Shown here: in pieces, positions 1 through 10,312 of the stretch
How the letters are laid out: every line of letters begins with the position of its first letter
How positions within the stretch are numbered: the first letter of the stretch is position 1
Source: Balanoglossus misakiensis
Lineage: Eukaryota > Animalia > Hemichordata
Assembly (NCBI GenBank): GCA_040954595.2
Contig: CM082579.2
Span: forward strand, 2,906,345-2,970,344
Direction: 5' to 3'
DNA length: 64,000 nucleotides
Program-made: the position numbers and the translations under genes
The notes under the pieces: model-generated
The model's database searches: none
Told to the model about the DNA's origin: nothing
The model's input: only the letters and a program-made list of their open reading frames with translations

Positions 1-129
1 TTTTCGACTTTCCGAAATCTCAAAATTTCGATGATTTTTGAAAAAATCATGGGTTATAGCTCAGGAAAATCATCAAAAATCGACGATTTTTCGACTTTTC
101 GAAATCTCAAAATTTCGATGATTTTTGAA

Positions 130-563
130 AAAATCGTCGAATTTTGATGATTTTCCTGAGCTATAACCCATGATTTTTTCAAAAATCGACGAAATTTTGA
201 GATTTCGGAAAGTCGAAAAATCGTCGATTTTTGATGATTTTCCTGAGCTATAACCCATGATTTTTTCAAAAATCGACGAAATTTTGAGATTTCGGAAAGT
301 CGAAAAATCGTCGATTTTTGATGATTTTCCTGAGCTATAACCCATGATTTTTTCAAAAATCGACGAAATTTTGAGATTTCGAAAAGTCGAAAAATCGTCG
401 ATTTTTGATGATTTTCCTGAGCTATAACCCAATTTTTTTCAAAAATCGACGAAATTTTGAGATTTCGAAAAGTCGAAAAATCGTCGATTTTTGATGATTT
501 TCCTGAGCTATAACCCATGATTTTTTCAAAAATCATCGAAATTTTGAGATTTCGAAAAGTCGA
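130..563 (-). repeat. Inverted block (~5 monomers) inside the satellite, copy 1
   Basis: Reverse-complement monomers (GATTTTCCTGAGCTATAACCCATG...) lie between strand-switch junctions at ~129-135 and ~561-563. Confidence 0.93.
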
Positions 564-1390
564 TTTTTCGACTTTCCGAAATCTCAAAATTTGGTCGATT
601 TTTGAAAAAATCATGGGTTATAGCTCAGGAAAATCATCAAAAATCGACGATTTTTCGACTTTCCGAAATCTCAAAATTTCGTCGATTTTTGAAAAAATCA
701 TGGGTTATAGCTCAGGAAAATCATCAAAAATCGACGATTTTTCGACTTTCCGAAATCTCAAAATTTCGTCGATTTTTGAAAAAATCATGGGTTATAGCTC
801 AGGAAAATCATCAAAAATCGACGATTTTTCGACTTTCCGAAATCTCAAAATTTCGTCGATTTTTGAAAAAATCATGGGTTATAATCTCAGGAAAATCATC
901 AAAAATCGACGATTTTTCGACTTTCCGAAATCTCAAAATTTCGTCATTTTTTGAAAAAATCATGGGTTATAGCTCAGGAAAATCATCAAAAATCGACGAT
1001 TTTTCGACTTTCCGAAATCTCAAAATTTCGTCGATTTTTGAAAAAATCATGGGTTATAGCTCAGGAAAATCATCAAAAATCGACGATTTTTCGACTTTCC
1101 GAAATCTCAAAATTTGGTCGATTTTCGAAAAAATCATGGGTTATAGCTCAGGAAAATCATCAAAAATCGACGATTTTTCGACTTTCCGAAATCTCAAAAT
1201 TTGGTCGATTTTTGAAAAAATCATGGGTTATAGCTCAGGAAAATCATCAAAAATCGACGATTTTTCGACTTTCCGAAATCTCAAAATTTCGATGATTTTT
1301 GAAAAAATCATGGGTTATAGCTCAGGAAAATCATCAAAAATCGACGATTTTTCGACTTTTCGAAATCTCAAAATTTCGATGATTTTTGAA

Positions 1391-1824
1391 AAAATCGTCG
1401 AATTTTGATGATTTTCCTGAGCTATAACCCATGATTTTTTCAAAAATCGACGAAATTTTGAGATTTCGGAAAGTCGAAAAATCGTCGATTTTTGATGATT
1501 TTCCTGAGCTATAACCCATGATTTTTTCAAAAATCGACGAAATTTTGAGATTTCGGAAAGTCGAAAAATCGTCGATTTTTGATGATTTTCCTGAGCTATA
1601 ACCCATGATTTTTTCAAAAATCGACGAAATTTTGAGATTTCGAAAAGTCGAAAAATCGTCGATTTTTGATGATTTTCCTGAGCTATAACCCAATTTTTTT
1701 CAAAAATCGACGAAATTTTGAGATTTCGAAAAGTCGAAAAATCGTCGATTTTTGATGATTTTCCTGAGCTATAACCCATGATTTTTTCAAAAATCATCGA
1801 AATTTTGAGATTTCGAAAAGTCGA
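1391..1824 (-). repeat. Inverted block inside the satellite, copy 2 (1261-bp offset from copy 1)
   Basis: Same junctions and variants as copy 1. ORFs 54..614 and 1315..1875 are identical and offset by 1261 bp. Confidence 0.93.
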
Positions 1825-4800
1825 TTTTTCGACTTTCCGAAATCTCAAAATTTGGTCGATTTTTGAAAAAATCATGGGTTATAGCTCAGGAAAATCATCA
1901 AAAATCGACGATTTTTCGACTTTCCGAAATCTCAAAATTTCGTCGATTTTTGAAAAAATCATGGGTTATAGCTCAGGAAAATCATCAAAAATCGACGATT
2001 TTTCGACTTTCCGAAATCTCAAAATTTCGTCGATTTTTGAAAAAATCATGGGTTATAGCTCAGGAAAATCATCAAAAATCGACGATTTTTCGACTTTCCG
2101 AAATCTCAAAATTTCGTCGATTTTTGAAAAAATCATGGGATTATAGCTCAGGAAAATCATCAAAAATCGACGATTTTTCGACTTTCCGAAATCTCAAAAT
2201 TTCGTCGATTTTTGAAAAAATCATGGGTTATAGCTCAGGAAAATCATCAAAAATCGACGATTTTTCGACTTTCCGAAATCTCAAAATTTCGTCGATTTTT
2301 GAAAAAATCATGGGTTATAGCTCAGGAAAATCATCAAAAATCGACGATTTTTCGAATTTCCGAAATCTCAAAATTTCGTCGATTTTTGAAAAAATCATGG
2401 GTTATAGCTCAGGAAAATCATCAAAATTCGACGATTTTTCGACTTTCCGAAATCTCAAAATTTCGTCGATTTTTGAAAAAATCATGGGTTATAGCTCAGG
2501 AAAATCATCAAAATTCGACGATTTTTCGACTTTCCGAAATCTCAAAATTTCGTCGATTTTTGAAAAAATCATGGGTTATAGCTCAGGAAAATCATCAAAA
2601 ATCGACGATTTTTCGACTTTCCGAAATTTCAAAATTTCGTCGATTTTTGAAAAAATCATGGGTTATAGCTCAGGAAAATCATCAAAAATCGACGATTTTT
2701 CGACTTTTCGAAATCTCAAAATTTCGTCGATTTTTGAAAAAATCATGGGTTATAGCTCAGGAAAATCATCAAAAATCGACGATTTTTCGACTTTTCGAAA
2801 TCTCAAAATTTCGTCGATTTTTGAAAAAATCATGGGTTATAGCTCAGGAAAATCATCAAAAATCGACGATTTTTCGACTTTTCGAAATCTCAAAATTTCG
2901 TCGATTTTTGAAAAAATCATGGGTTATAGCTCAGGAAAATCATCAAAAATCGACGATTTTTCGACTTTCCGAAATCTCAAAATTTCGTCGATTTTTGAAA
3001 AAATCATGGGTTATAGCTCAGGAAAATCATCAAAAATCGACGATTTTTCGACTTTCCGAAATCTCAAAATTTCGTCGATTTTTGAAAAAATCATGGGTTA
3101 TAGCTCAGGAAAATCATCAAAAATCGACGATTTTTCGACTTTCCGAAATCTCAAAATTTCGTCGATTTTTGAAAAAATCATGGGTTATAGCTCAGGAAAA
3201 TCATCAAAAATCGACGATTTTTCGACTTTCCGAAATCTCAAAATTTCGTCGATTTTTGAAAAAATCATGGGTTATAGCTCAGGAAAATCATCAAAAATCG
3301 ACGATTTTTCGAATTTTCGAAATCTCAAAATTTCGTCGATTTTTGAAAAAATCATGGGTTATAGCTCAGGAAAATCATCAAAAATCGACGATTTTTCGAC
3401 TTTCCGAAATCTCAAAATTTCGTCGATTTTTGAAAAAATCATGGGTTATAGCTCAGGAAAATCATCAAAATTCGACGATTTTTCGACTTTCCGAAATCTC
3501 AAAATTTCGTCGATTTTTGAAAAAATCATGGGTTATAGCTCAGGAAAATCATCAAAAATCGACGATTTTTCGACTTTTCGAAATCTCAAAATTTCGTCGA
3601 TTTTTGAAAAAATCATGGGTTATAGCTCAGGAAAATCATCAAAAATCGACGATTTTTCGACTTTCCGAAATCTCAAAATTTCGTCGATTTTTGAAAAAAT
3701 CATGGGTTATAGCTCAGGAAAATCATCAAAAATCGACGATTTTTCGACTTTCCGAAATCTCAAAATTTCGTCGATTTTTGAAAAAATCATGGGTTATAGC
3801 TCAGGAAAATCATCAAAAATCGACGATTTTTCGACTTTCCGAAATCTCAAAATTTCGTCGATTTTTGAAAAAATCATGGGTTATAGCTCAGGAAAATCAT
3901 CAAAAATCGACGATTTTTCGAATTTTCGAAATCTCAAAATTTCGTCGATTTTTGAAAAAATCATGGGTTATAGCTCAGGAAAATCATCAAAAATCGACGA
4001 TTTTTCGACTTTCCGAAATCTCAAAATTTCGTCGATTTTTGAAAAAATCATGGGTTATAGCTCAGGAAAATCATCAAAATTCGACGATTTTTCGACTTTC
4101 CGAAATCTCAAAATTTCGTCGATTTTTGAAAAAATCATGGGTTATAGCTCAGGAAAATCATCAAAAATCGACGATTTTTCGACTTTTCGAAATCTCAAAA
4201 TTTCGTCGATTTTTGAAAAAATCATGGGTTATAGCTCAGGAAAATCATCAAAAATCGACGATTTTTCGACTTTTCGAAATCTCAAAATTTGGTCGATTTT
4301 TGAAAAAATCATGGGTTATAGCTCAGAAAAATCATCAAAAATCGACGATTTTTCGACTTTCCGAAATCTCAAAATTTCGTCGATTTTTGAAAAAATCATG
4401 GGTTATAGCTCAGGAAAATCATCAAAAATCGACGATTTTTCGACTTTCCGAAATCTCAAAATTTCGTCGATTTTTGAAAAAATCATGGGTTATAGCTCAG
4501 GAAAATCATCAAAAATCGACGATTTTTCGACTTTCCGAAATCTCAAAATTTCGTCGATTTTTGAAAAAATCATGGGTTATAGCTCAGGAAAATCATCAAA
4601 AATCGACGATTTTTCGAATTTCCGAAATCTCAAAATTTCGTCGATTTTTGAAAAAATCATGGGTTATAGCTCAGGAAAATCATCAAAATTCGACGATTTT
4701 TCGACTTTCCGAAATCTCAAAATTTCGTCGATTTTTGAAAAAATCATGGGTTATAGCTCAGGAAAATCATCAAAATTCGACGATTTTTCGACTTTCCGAA

Positions 4801-7083
4801 ATCTCAAAATTTCGTCGATTTTTGAAAAAATCATGGGTTATAGCTCAGGAAAATCATCAAAAATCGACGATTTTTCGACTTTCCGAAATTTCAAAATTTC
4901 GTCGATTTTTGAAAAAATCATGGGTTATAGCTCAGGAAAATCATCAAAAATCGACGATTTTTCGACTTTTCGAAATCTCAAAATTTCGTCGATTTTTGAA
5001 AAAATCATGGGTTATAGCTCAGGAAAATCATCAAAAATCGACGATTTTTCGACTTTTCGAAATCTCAAAATTTCGTCGATTTTTGAAAAAATCATGGGTT
5101 ATAGCTTAGGAAAATCATCAAAAATCGACGATTTTTCGACTTTTCGAAATCTCAAAATTTCGTCGATTTTTGAAAAAATCATGGGTTATAGCTCAGGAAA
5201 ATCATCAAAAATCGACGATTTTTCGACTTTCCGAAATCTCAAAATTTCGTCGATTTTTGAAAAAATCATGGGTTATAGCTCAGGAAAATCATCAAAAATC
5301 GACGATTTTTCGACTTTCCGAAATCTCAAAATTTCGTCGATTTTTGAAAAAATCATGGGTTATAGCTCAGGAAAATCATCAAAAATCGACGATTTTTCGA
5401 CTTTCCGAAATCTCAAAATTTCGTCGATTTTTGAAAAAATCATGGGTTATAGCTCAGGAAAATCATCAAAAATCGACGATTTTTCGACTTTCCGAAATCT
5501 CAAAATTTCGTCGATTTTTGAAAAAATCATGGGTTATAGCTCAGGAAAATCATCAAAAATCGACGATTTTTCGACTTTCCGAAATCACAAAATTTCGTCG
5601 ATTTTTGAAAAAATAATGGGTTATAGCTCAGGAAAATCATCAAAAATCGACGATTTTTCGAATTTTCGAAATCTCAAAATTTCGTCGATTTTTGAAAAAA
5701 TCATGGGTTATAGCTCAGGAAAATCATCAAAAATCGACGATTTTTCGACTTTCCGAAATCTCAAAATTTCGTCGATTTTTGAAAAAATCATGGGTTATAG
5801 CTCAGGAAAATCATCAAAATTCGACGATTTTTCGACTTTCCGAAATCTCAAAATTTCGTCGATTTTTGAAAAAATCATGGGTTATAGCTCAGGAAAATCA
5901 TCAAAAATCGACGATTTTTCGACTTTTCGAAATCTCAAAATTTCGTCGATTTTTGAAAAAATCATGGGTTATAGCTCAGGAAAATCATCAAAAATCGACG
6001 ATTTTTCGACTTTTCGAAATCTCAAAATTTCGTCGATTTTTGAAAAAATCATGGGTTATAGCTCAGGAAAATCATCAAAAATCGACGATTTTTCGACTTT
6101 TCGAAATCTCAAAATTTCGTCGATTTTTGAAAAAATCATGGTTTTCAGGAAAATCATCAAAAATCGACGATTTTTCGACTTTCCGAAATCTCAAAATTTC
6201 GTCGATTTTTGAAAAAATCATGGGTTATAGCTCAGGAAAATCATCAAAAATCGACGATTTTTCGACTTTCCGAAATCTCAAAATTTCGTCGATTTTTGAA
6301 AAAATCATGGGTTATAGCTCAGGAAAATCATCAAAAATCGACGATTTTTCGACTTTCCGAAATCTCAAAATTTCGTCGATTTTTGAAAAAATCATGGGTT
6401 ATAGCTCAGGAAAATCATCAAAAATCGACGATTTTTCGACTTTTCGAAATCTCAAAATTTCGTCGATTTTTGAAAAAATCATGGGTTATAGCTCAGGAAA
6501 ATCATCAAAAATCGACGATTTTTCGACTTTTCGAAATCTCAAAATTTCGTCGATTTTTGAAAAAATCATGGGTTATAGCTCAGGAAAATCATCAAAAATC
6601 GACGATTTTTCGACTTTTCGAAATCTCAAAATTTCGTCGATTTTTGAAAAAATCATGGGTTATAGCTCAGGAAAATCATCAAAAATCGACGATTTTTGGA
6701 CTTTTCGAAATCTCAAAATTTCGTCGATTTTTAAAAAAAATTGGGTTATAGCTCAGGAAAATCATCAAAAATCGACGATTTTTCGACTTTCCGAAATCTC
6801 AAAATTTCGTCGATTTTTGAAAAAATCATGGGTTATAGCTCAGGAAAATCATCAAAAATCGACGATTTTTCGACTTTCCGAAATCTCAAAATTTCGTCGA
6901 TTTTTGAAAAAATCATGGGTTATAGCTCAGGAAAATCATCAAAAAGTGAAAATCTGTCGACTTTGCGAATTTTTGAATTTCGTGATTTTTCGAAATATTC
7001 ATAAGTTGAAGTATAGACAACTCAGGTTTCCAGTGACAAAAAGTTAATGGAGCCAACTCCTTATGTTTTGACAGCAGTGTTCC

Positions 7084-7089
7084 TTTATT
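7084..7089 (-). terminator. Candidate polyadenylation signal (AATAAA) of URAD
   Basis: TTTATT on the plus strand, ~460 bp downstream of the URAD stop codon. Motif only; no transcript evidence. Confidence 0.5.
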
Positions 7090-7263
7090 CGTTAAAATTC
7101 TTCAACCAGAGTACAACAATTCGCAGGTAAAGTAATTTAAACTATAGCACCACCAATTGTTTCAGAATGTTGCATCGTCTTCTGGCTCACAGATGAGCAA
7201 CTGCTGTCAAATTGTAAGTAATCAGTATTTGACCACTGCCCTCTCTGATACAATCAAAGCATT

Positions 7264-7284
7264 CACCACCACCACCACCACCAC
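7264..7284. repeat. (CAC)7 microsatellite in the putative URAD 3'UTR
   Basis: CACCACCACCACCACCACCAC read directly. Confidence 0.85.
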
Positions 7285-7547
7285 TGAGTGGTTCAGTCCT
7301 GTTATTTTCACTGTTGAAGTTGGAGCTGCAAAAATGTGGTGAAAATGAGGTTTTAAGGCTCAAGATACAGTTACAATGCTCAATGGACATGAAAAATACT
7401 GAGTTGTCTTATCAAGTCACCATTACCATTCTGCTATGATTATGATATGATTCAGTAAAATGCTATGCAAAACATTACAGATTCAAACTTCTCTTCTGAA
7501 CATTGTTAAACCGTCCAGTTGGCATCTGTCACTAACAAGTCAGCACA

Positions 7548-7891
7548 TCACAATTTGGAGTCAACTTCTATCAAATCAGCAAGCCTGTACCATCCAATCT
7601 TCTTGACCTCACCTACTCCGGTCATTAATTCCTTGTGTTCATCATTTTTCACCCTTCTCGCAAGGCCTTCCATGATGGCCTGCTTCTTGTTCTCGCGGGC
7701 GCAGATCACAAACGGAAAGCCGAACTTTGCACGGTATTGTCTATTGCAGTCCTGCAGAAAATCTCTCTCTTCGTCAGTGAGCGACAGCATCCCAGAACCT
7801 CGCTGTTCCTTGGTCGATTCCTGCGTGAGTTTCCCGGCAACGGACAACTTCCCAGCCAGGTCCGGGTGGCATCTCAGTATTCCGGCTTTTC
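7548..7891 (-). CDS. URAD: OHCU decarboxylase (URAD / ParaHox cluster neighbor), exon 2
   Basis: Acceptor tgtttcag|GA, phase 1. Translates as GKAGILRCHPDLAGKLSVAGKLTQESTKEQRGSG...YRAKFGFPFVICARENKK...EVKKIGWYRL...DSKL*. HPDLAG, ES.xEQ and KFGFPFVICAR are OHCU decarboxylase motifs. Ends in the PTS1 signal SKL. Confidence 0.96.
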
Positions 7892-8082
7892 CTGAAACAG
7901 CAAAAACAAGCGAAAGGAATCAGGAATCATCACATTTTACTGGACGTCTTCTATAATAATTGGAGTATGAAACACGATATCATTTTCCCTTTGAACCCTC
8001 CCCTGAAGAAAACTAAGTTCACCAGAGGCAGATTCATCCTCATATTCGTGTGACCTTTCTACATGAAGGTGAGGCTGTTGCT

Positions 8083-9951
8083 TACGGTGGCCGAAACCGA
8101 CACTCCTCTGCTATGCTAAGTCGACCTCCTCTGCTATGCTAAGTCCTCCTCTGCTATGCTAATTCCTCCTCTGCTATGCTAAGTCCTGCGATGCTATGCT
8201 AATTCCTGCGATGCTAACTGAATCCGATCTGCTGCCGACCTCCTCTGCTATACTATGTCGATCTGCGATGCTATGCTAAGTCCTGCGATGCTATGCTAAT
8301 TCCTGCGATGCTAACTGAATCCGATCTGCTGCCGACCTCCTCTGCTATGCTATGTCGATCTGCGATGCTATGCTAAGTCCTGCGATGCTATGCTAATTCC
8401 TGCGATGCTAACTGAATCTGATCAGCTGTCGACCTCCTCTGCTATGCTATGTCGATCTGCGATGCTATGCTAAGTCCTGCGTTGCTAACTTAACCGGAAG
8501 TACTGGAGTACATTTTTACGAACAAACATACGCTCGTCTCACATGCGGCCGGACTTGCTGTTTGGCGACTGATTTGGGCGAGCGGAGAAAGCATTAAGTG
8601 ATAATAGAAATAATATATGAATATCTTATCCATAAAATTTGTTTCGAAGATACGGATTTTGTAGGCGGCGACAACGTCTGCAATTAGAGGCGATCGTTTC
8701 CCCACTTTCCAATCCTAGAAATCAAGACTTCATTTGCGGTCCTACTAATTACTGCCTGTAGCTGCCCGTCATTTTCTGTGGAAATTGGCTGATCAGTTTA
8801 GCCCAATATGATGTAATAAATATCGTGAATGATTTTTCAAGGAGTCTTTTTTCTTAGACTGAATATTGGCTAAACGTTATATTTAGAGGTTAAACGGCTG
8901 CCAGAGGGTATTTGGGTGCAGGACCTCTCATGTGAAAATTAGCATACATTTTACTGTTGGGAGATGAATAAAGACAAAAGACAGCTTACAAGTCACAGAA
9001 ACAGAGGGATCCATTAGTTTCATGACTTTATTATAATATGCTTGGTGTGAATCCTGCTTGCTGATTGGCAAGAGCCAGGGTTTATATTCTCGCAAAAAAA
9101 TGGACCAAGAACAGTGAATAATTTAGAAATGGAACACATACAAGAGAACACACTTTATTCAAGTTACTGGATGTGGGATAACATGGATAAAGTCGTGCGA
9201 CTTTAGAAATTCTATAACACTTCGCTCGGTGATTATTTCCCGCCAAATATGCTATGGGGAAACTAATTTTCACATGAGAGGTCCTGCACCCAAATACCCT
9301 CTGGCAGCCGTTTAACCTCTAAATATAACGTTTAGCCAATAGTCAGTCTAAGAAAAAAGACTCCTTGAAAAATCATTCACGATATTTATTACATCATATT
9401 GGGCTAAACTGATCAGCCAATTTCCACAGAAAATGACGGGCAGCTACAGGCAGTAATTAGTAGGACCGCAAATGAAGTCTTGATTTCTAGGATTGGAAAG
9501 TGGGGAAACGATCGCCTCTAATTGCAGACGTTGTCGCCGCCTACAAAATCCGTATCTTCGAAACAAATTTTATGGATAAGATATTCATATATTATTTCTA
9601 TTATCACTTAATGCTTTCTCCGCTCGCCCAAATCAGTCGCCAAACAGCAAGTCCGGCCGCATGTGAGACGAGCGTATGTTTGTTCGTAAAAATGTACTCC
9701 AGTACTTCCGGTTAAGTTAGCATCGCAGGACTTAGCATAGCATCGTAGATCGACATAGCATAGCAGAGGAGGTCGACAGCTGATCAGATTCAGTTAGCAT
9801 CGCAGGAATTAGCATAGCATCGCAGGACTTAGCATAGCAGAGGAGGAATTAGCATAGCAGAGGAGGACTTAGCATAGCAGAGGAGGCCGACTTAGCATAG
9901 CAGAGGAGGTCGACTTAGCATAGCAGAGGAGTGTCGGTTTCGGCCACCGTA
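8083..9951. mobile_element. Non-autonomous foldback DNA transposon with very long TIRs and a 6-bp TSD (IS3EU-like termini)
   Basis: Ends TACGGTGGCCGAAACCGACAC...GTGTCGGTTTCGGCCACCGTA are flanked by direct repeat GTTGCT (8077-8082 and 9952-9957). Inverted arms are 8083-8942 and 9263-9951 with a 320-bp spacer. No transposase ORF. Confidence 0.92.
8103..8490 (+). repeat. Subterminal minisatellite of the left TIR (CCTCCTCTGCTATGCTAAGT / TGCGATGCTATGCTAA units; three 97-bp higher-order units)
   Basis: AATC(C/T)GATC recurs at 8221, 8318 and 8415. Mirrored with different copy number at ~9716-9931. Confidence 0.9.
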
Positions 9952-10119
9952 GTTGCTAGCTTCACGTAAGTTGTCTTATACGATGATCATATATAGTGGT
10001 CAATTTGAGTATATTACAAGAAATTCAGGCTTGAAAGGGTTAATGTCACAGAAACTACTGCATATTGATACACCTGCTGTACATACTGGTGCCATATCCC
10101 GGTGCCACATACAGCTTAC

Positions 10120-10312
10120 CTGAATCGGGAAGGTTGTCTATGAAGGAACAGAAACACTCGTGGAGGTGCTTCGAGCTTTTGAACGGGCGATCGGACCACA
10201 CCGCCGCTGTTATGAGGCTACCGTGCTCGATGACATTCTTAAAGTAATCTAAAAAGTCATCGAAATCAAAGGCGTTGATCTGGGAAATGTCACGTTTGGT
10301 CGACGAAGCCAT
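10120..10312 (-). CDS. URAD: OHCU decarboxylase (URAD / PRHOXNB), coding exon 1
   Basis: MASSTKRDISQINAFDFDDFLDYFKNVIEHGSLITAAVWSDRPFKSSKHLHECFCSFIDNLPDS resembles the URAD N-terminus (F.NV.E..P.IA.AVW..RPF). Ends at the canonical donor CAG|GTAAG. Confidence 0.94.

Larger units (their letters stand above)
1..7026. repeat. 87-bp tandem satellite array, ~80 monomers, probably continuing left of the window
   Basis: Monomer ATGGGTTATAGCTCAGGAAAATCATCAAAAATCGACGATTTTTCGACTTTCCGAAATCTCAAAATTTCGTCGATTTTTGAAAAAATC repeats almost perfectly to ~6945. One degenerate terminal monomer follows to ~7026. Confidence 0.98.
7892..10119 (-). other. URAD: URAD intron (2228 bp, GT-AG, phase 1)
   Basis: Donor G|GTAAGC at 10119 and acceptor CAG at 7894-7892. 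The joined exons give 537 nt, i.e. 178 aa plus stop, in frame. Confidence 0.93.

Noticed and set aside
1863-6212. 1449-aa ORF and other long repetitive ORFs (e.g. 965 aa, 451 aa) in 1-7047
   Set aside because: The 87-bp monomer is a multiple of 3 and happens to lack stops in two frames. Most distinct variants are non-synonymous, frameshifts occur (~884, ~2140, ~6141, ~6740), and the same peptides appear on both strands via the inversions. This is satellite DNA, not a gene.
1-6950. CRISPR-like regular array with dyad symmetry
   Set aside because: No unique spacers, no cas genes, and the context is a eukaryotic intron-containing locus.
8490-9715. Identical 71-aa ORFs on opposite strands (8490..8705 and 9500..9715)
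   Set aside because: They are simply the two arms of the inverted repeat. The start is non-ATG and there is no recognisable domain.
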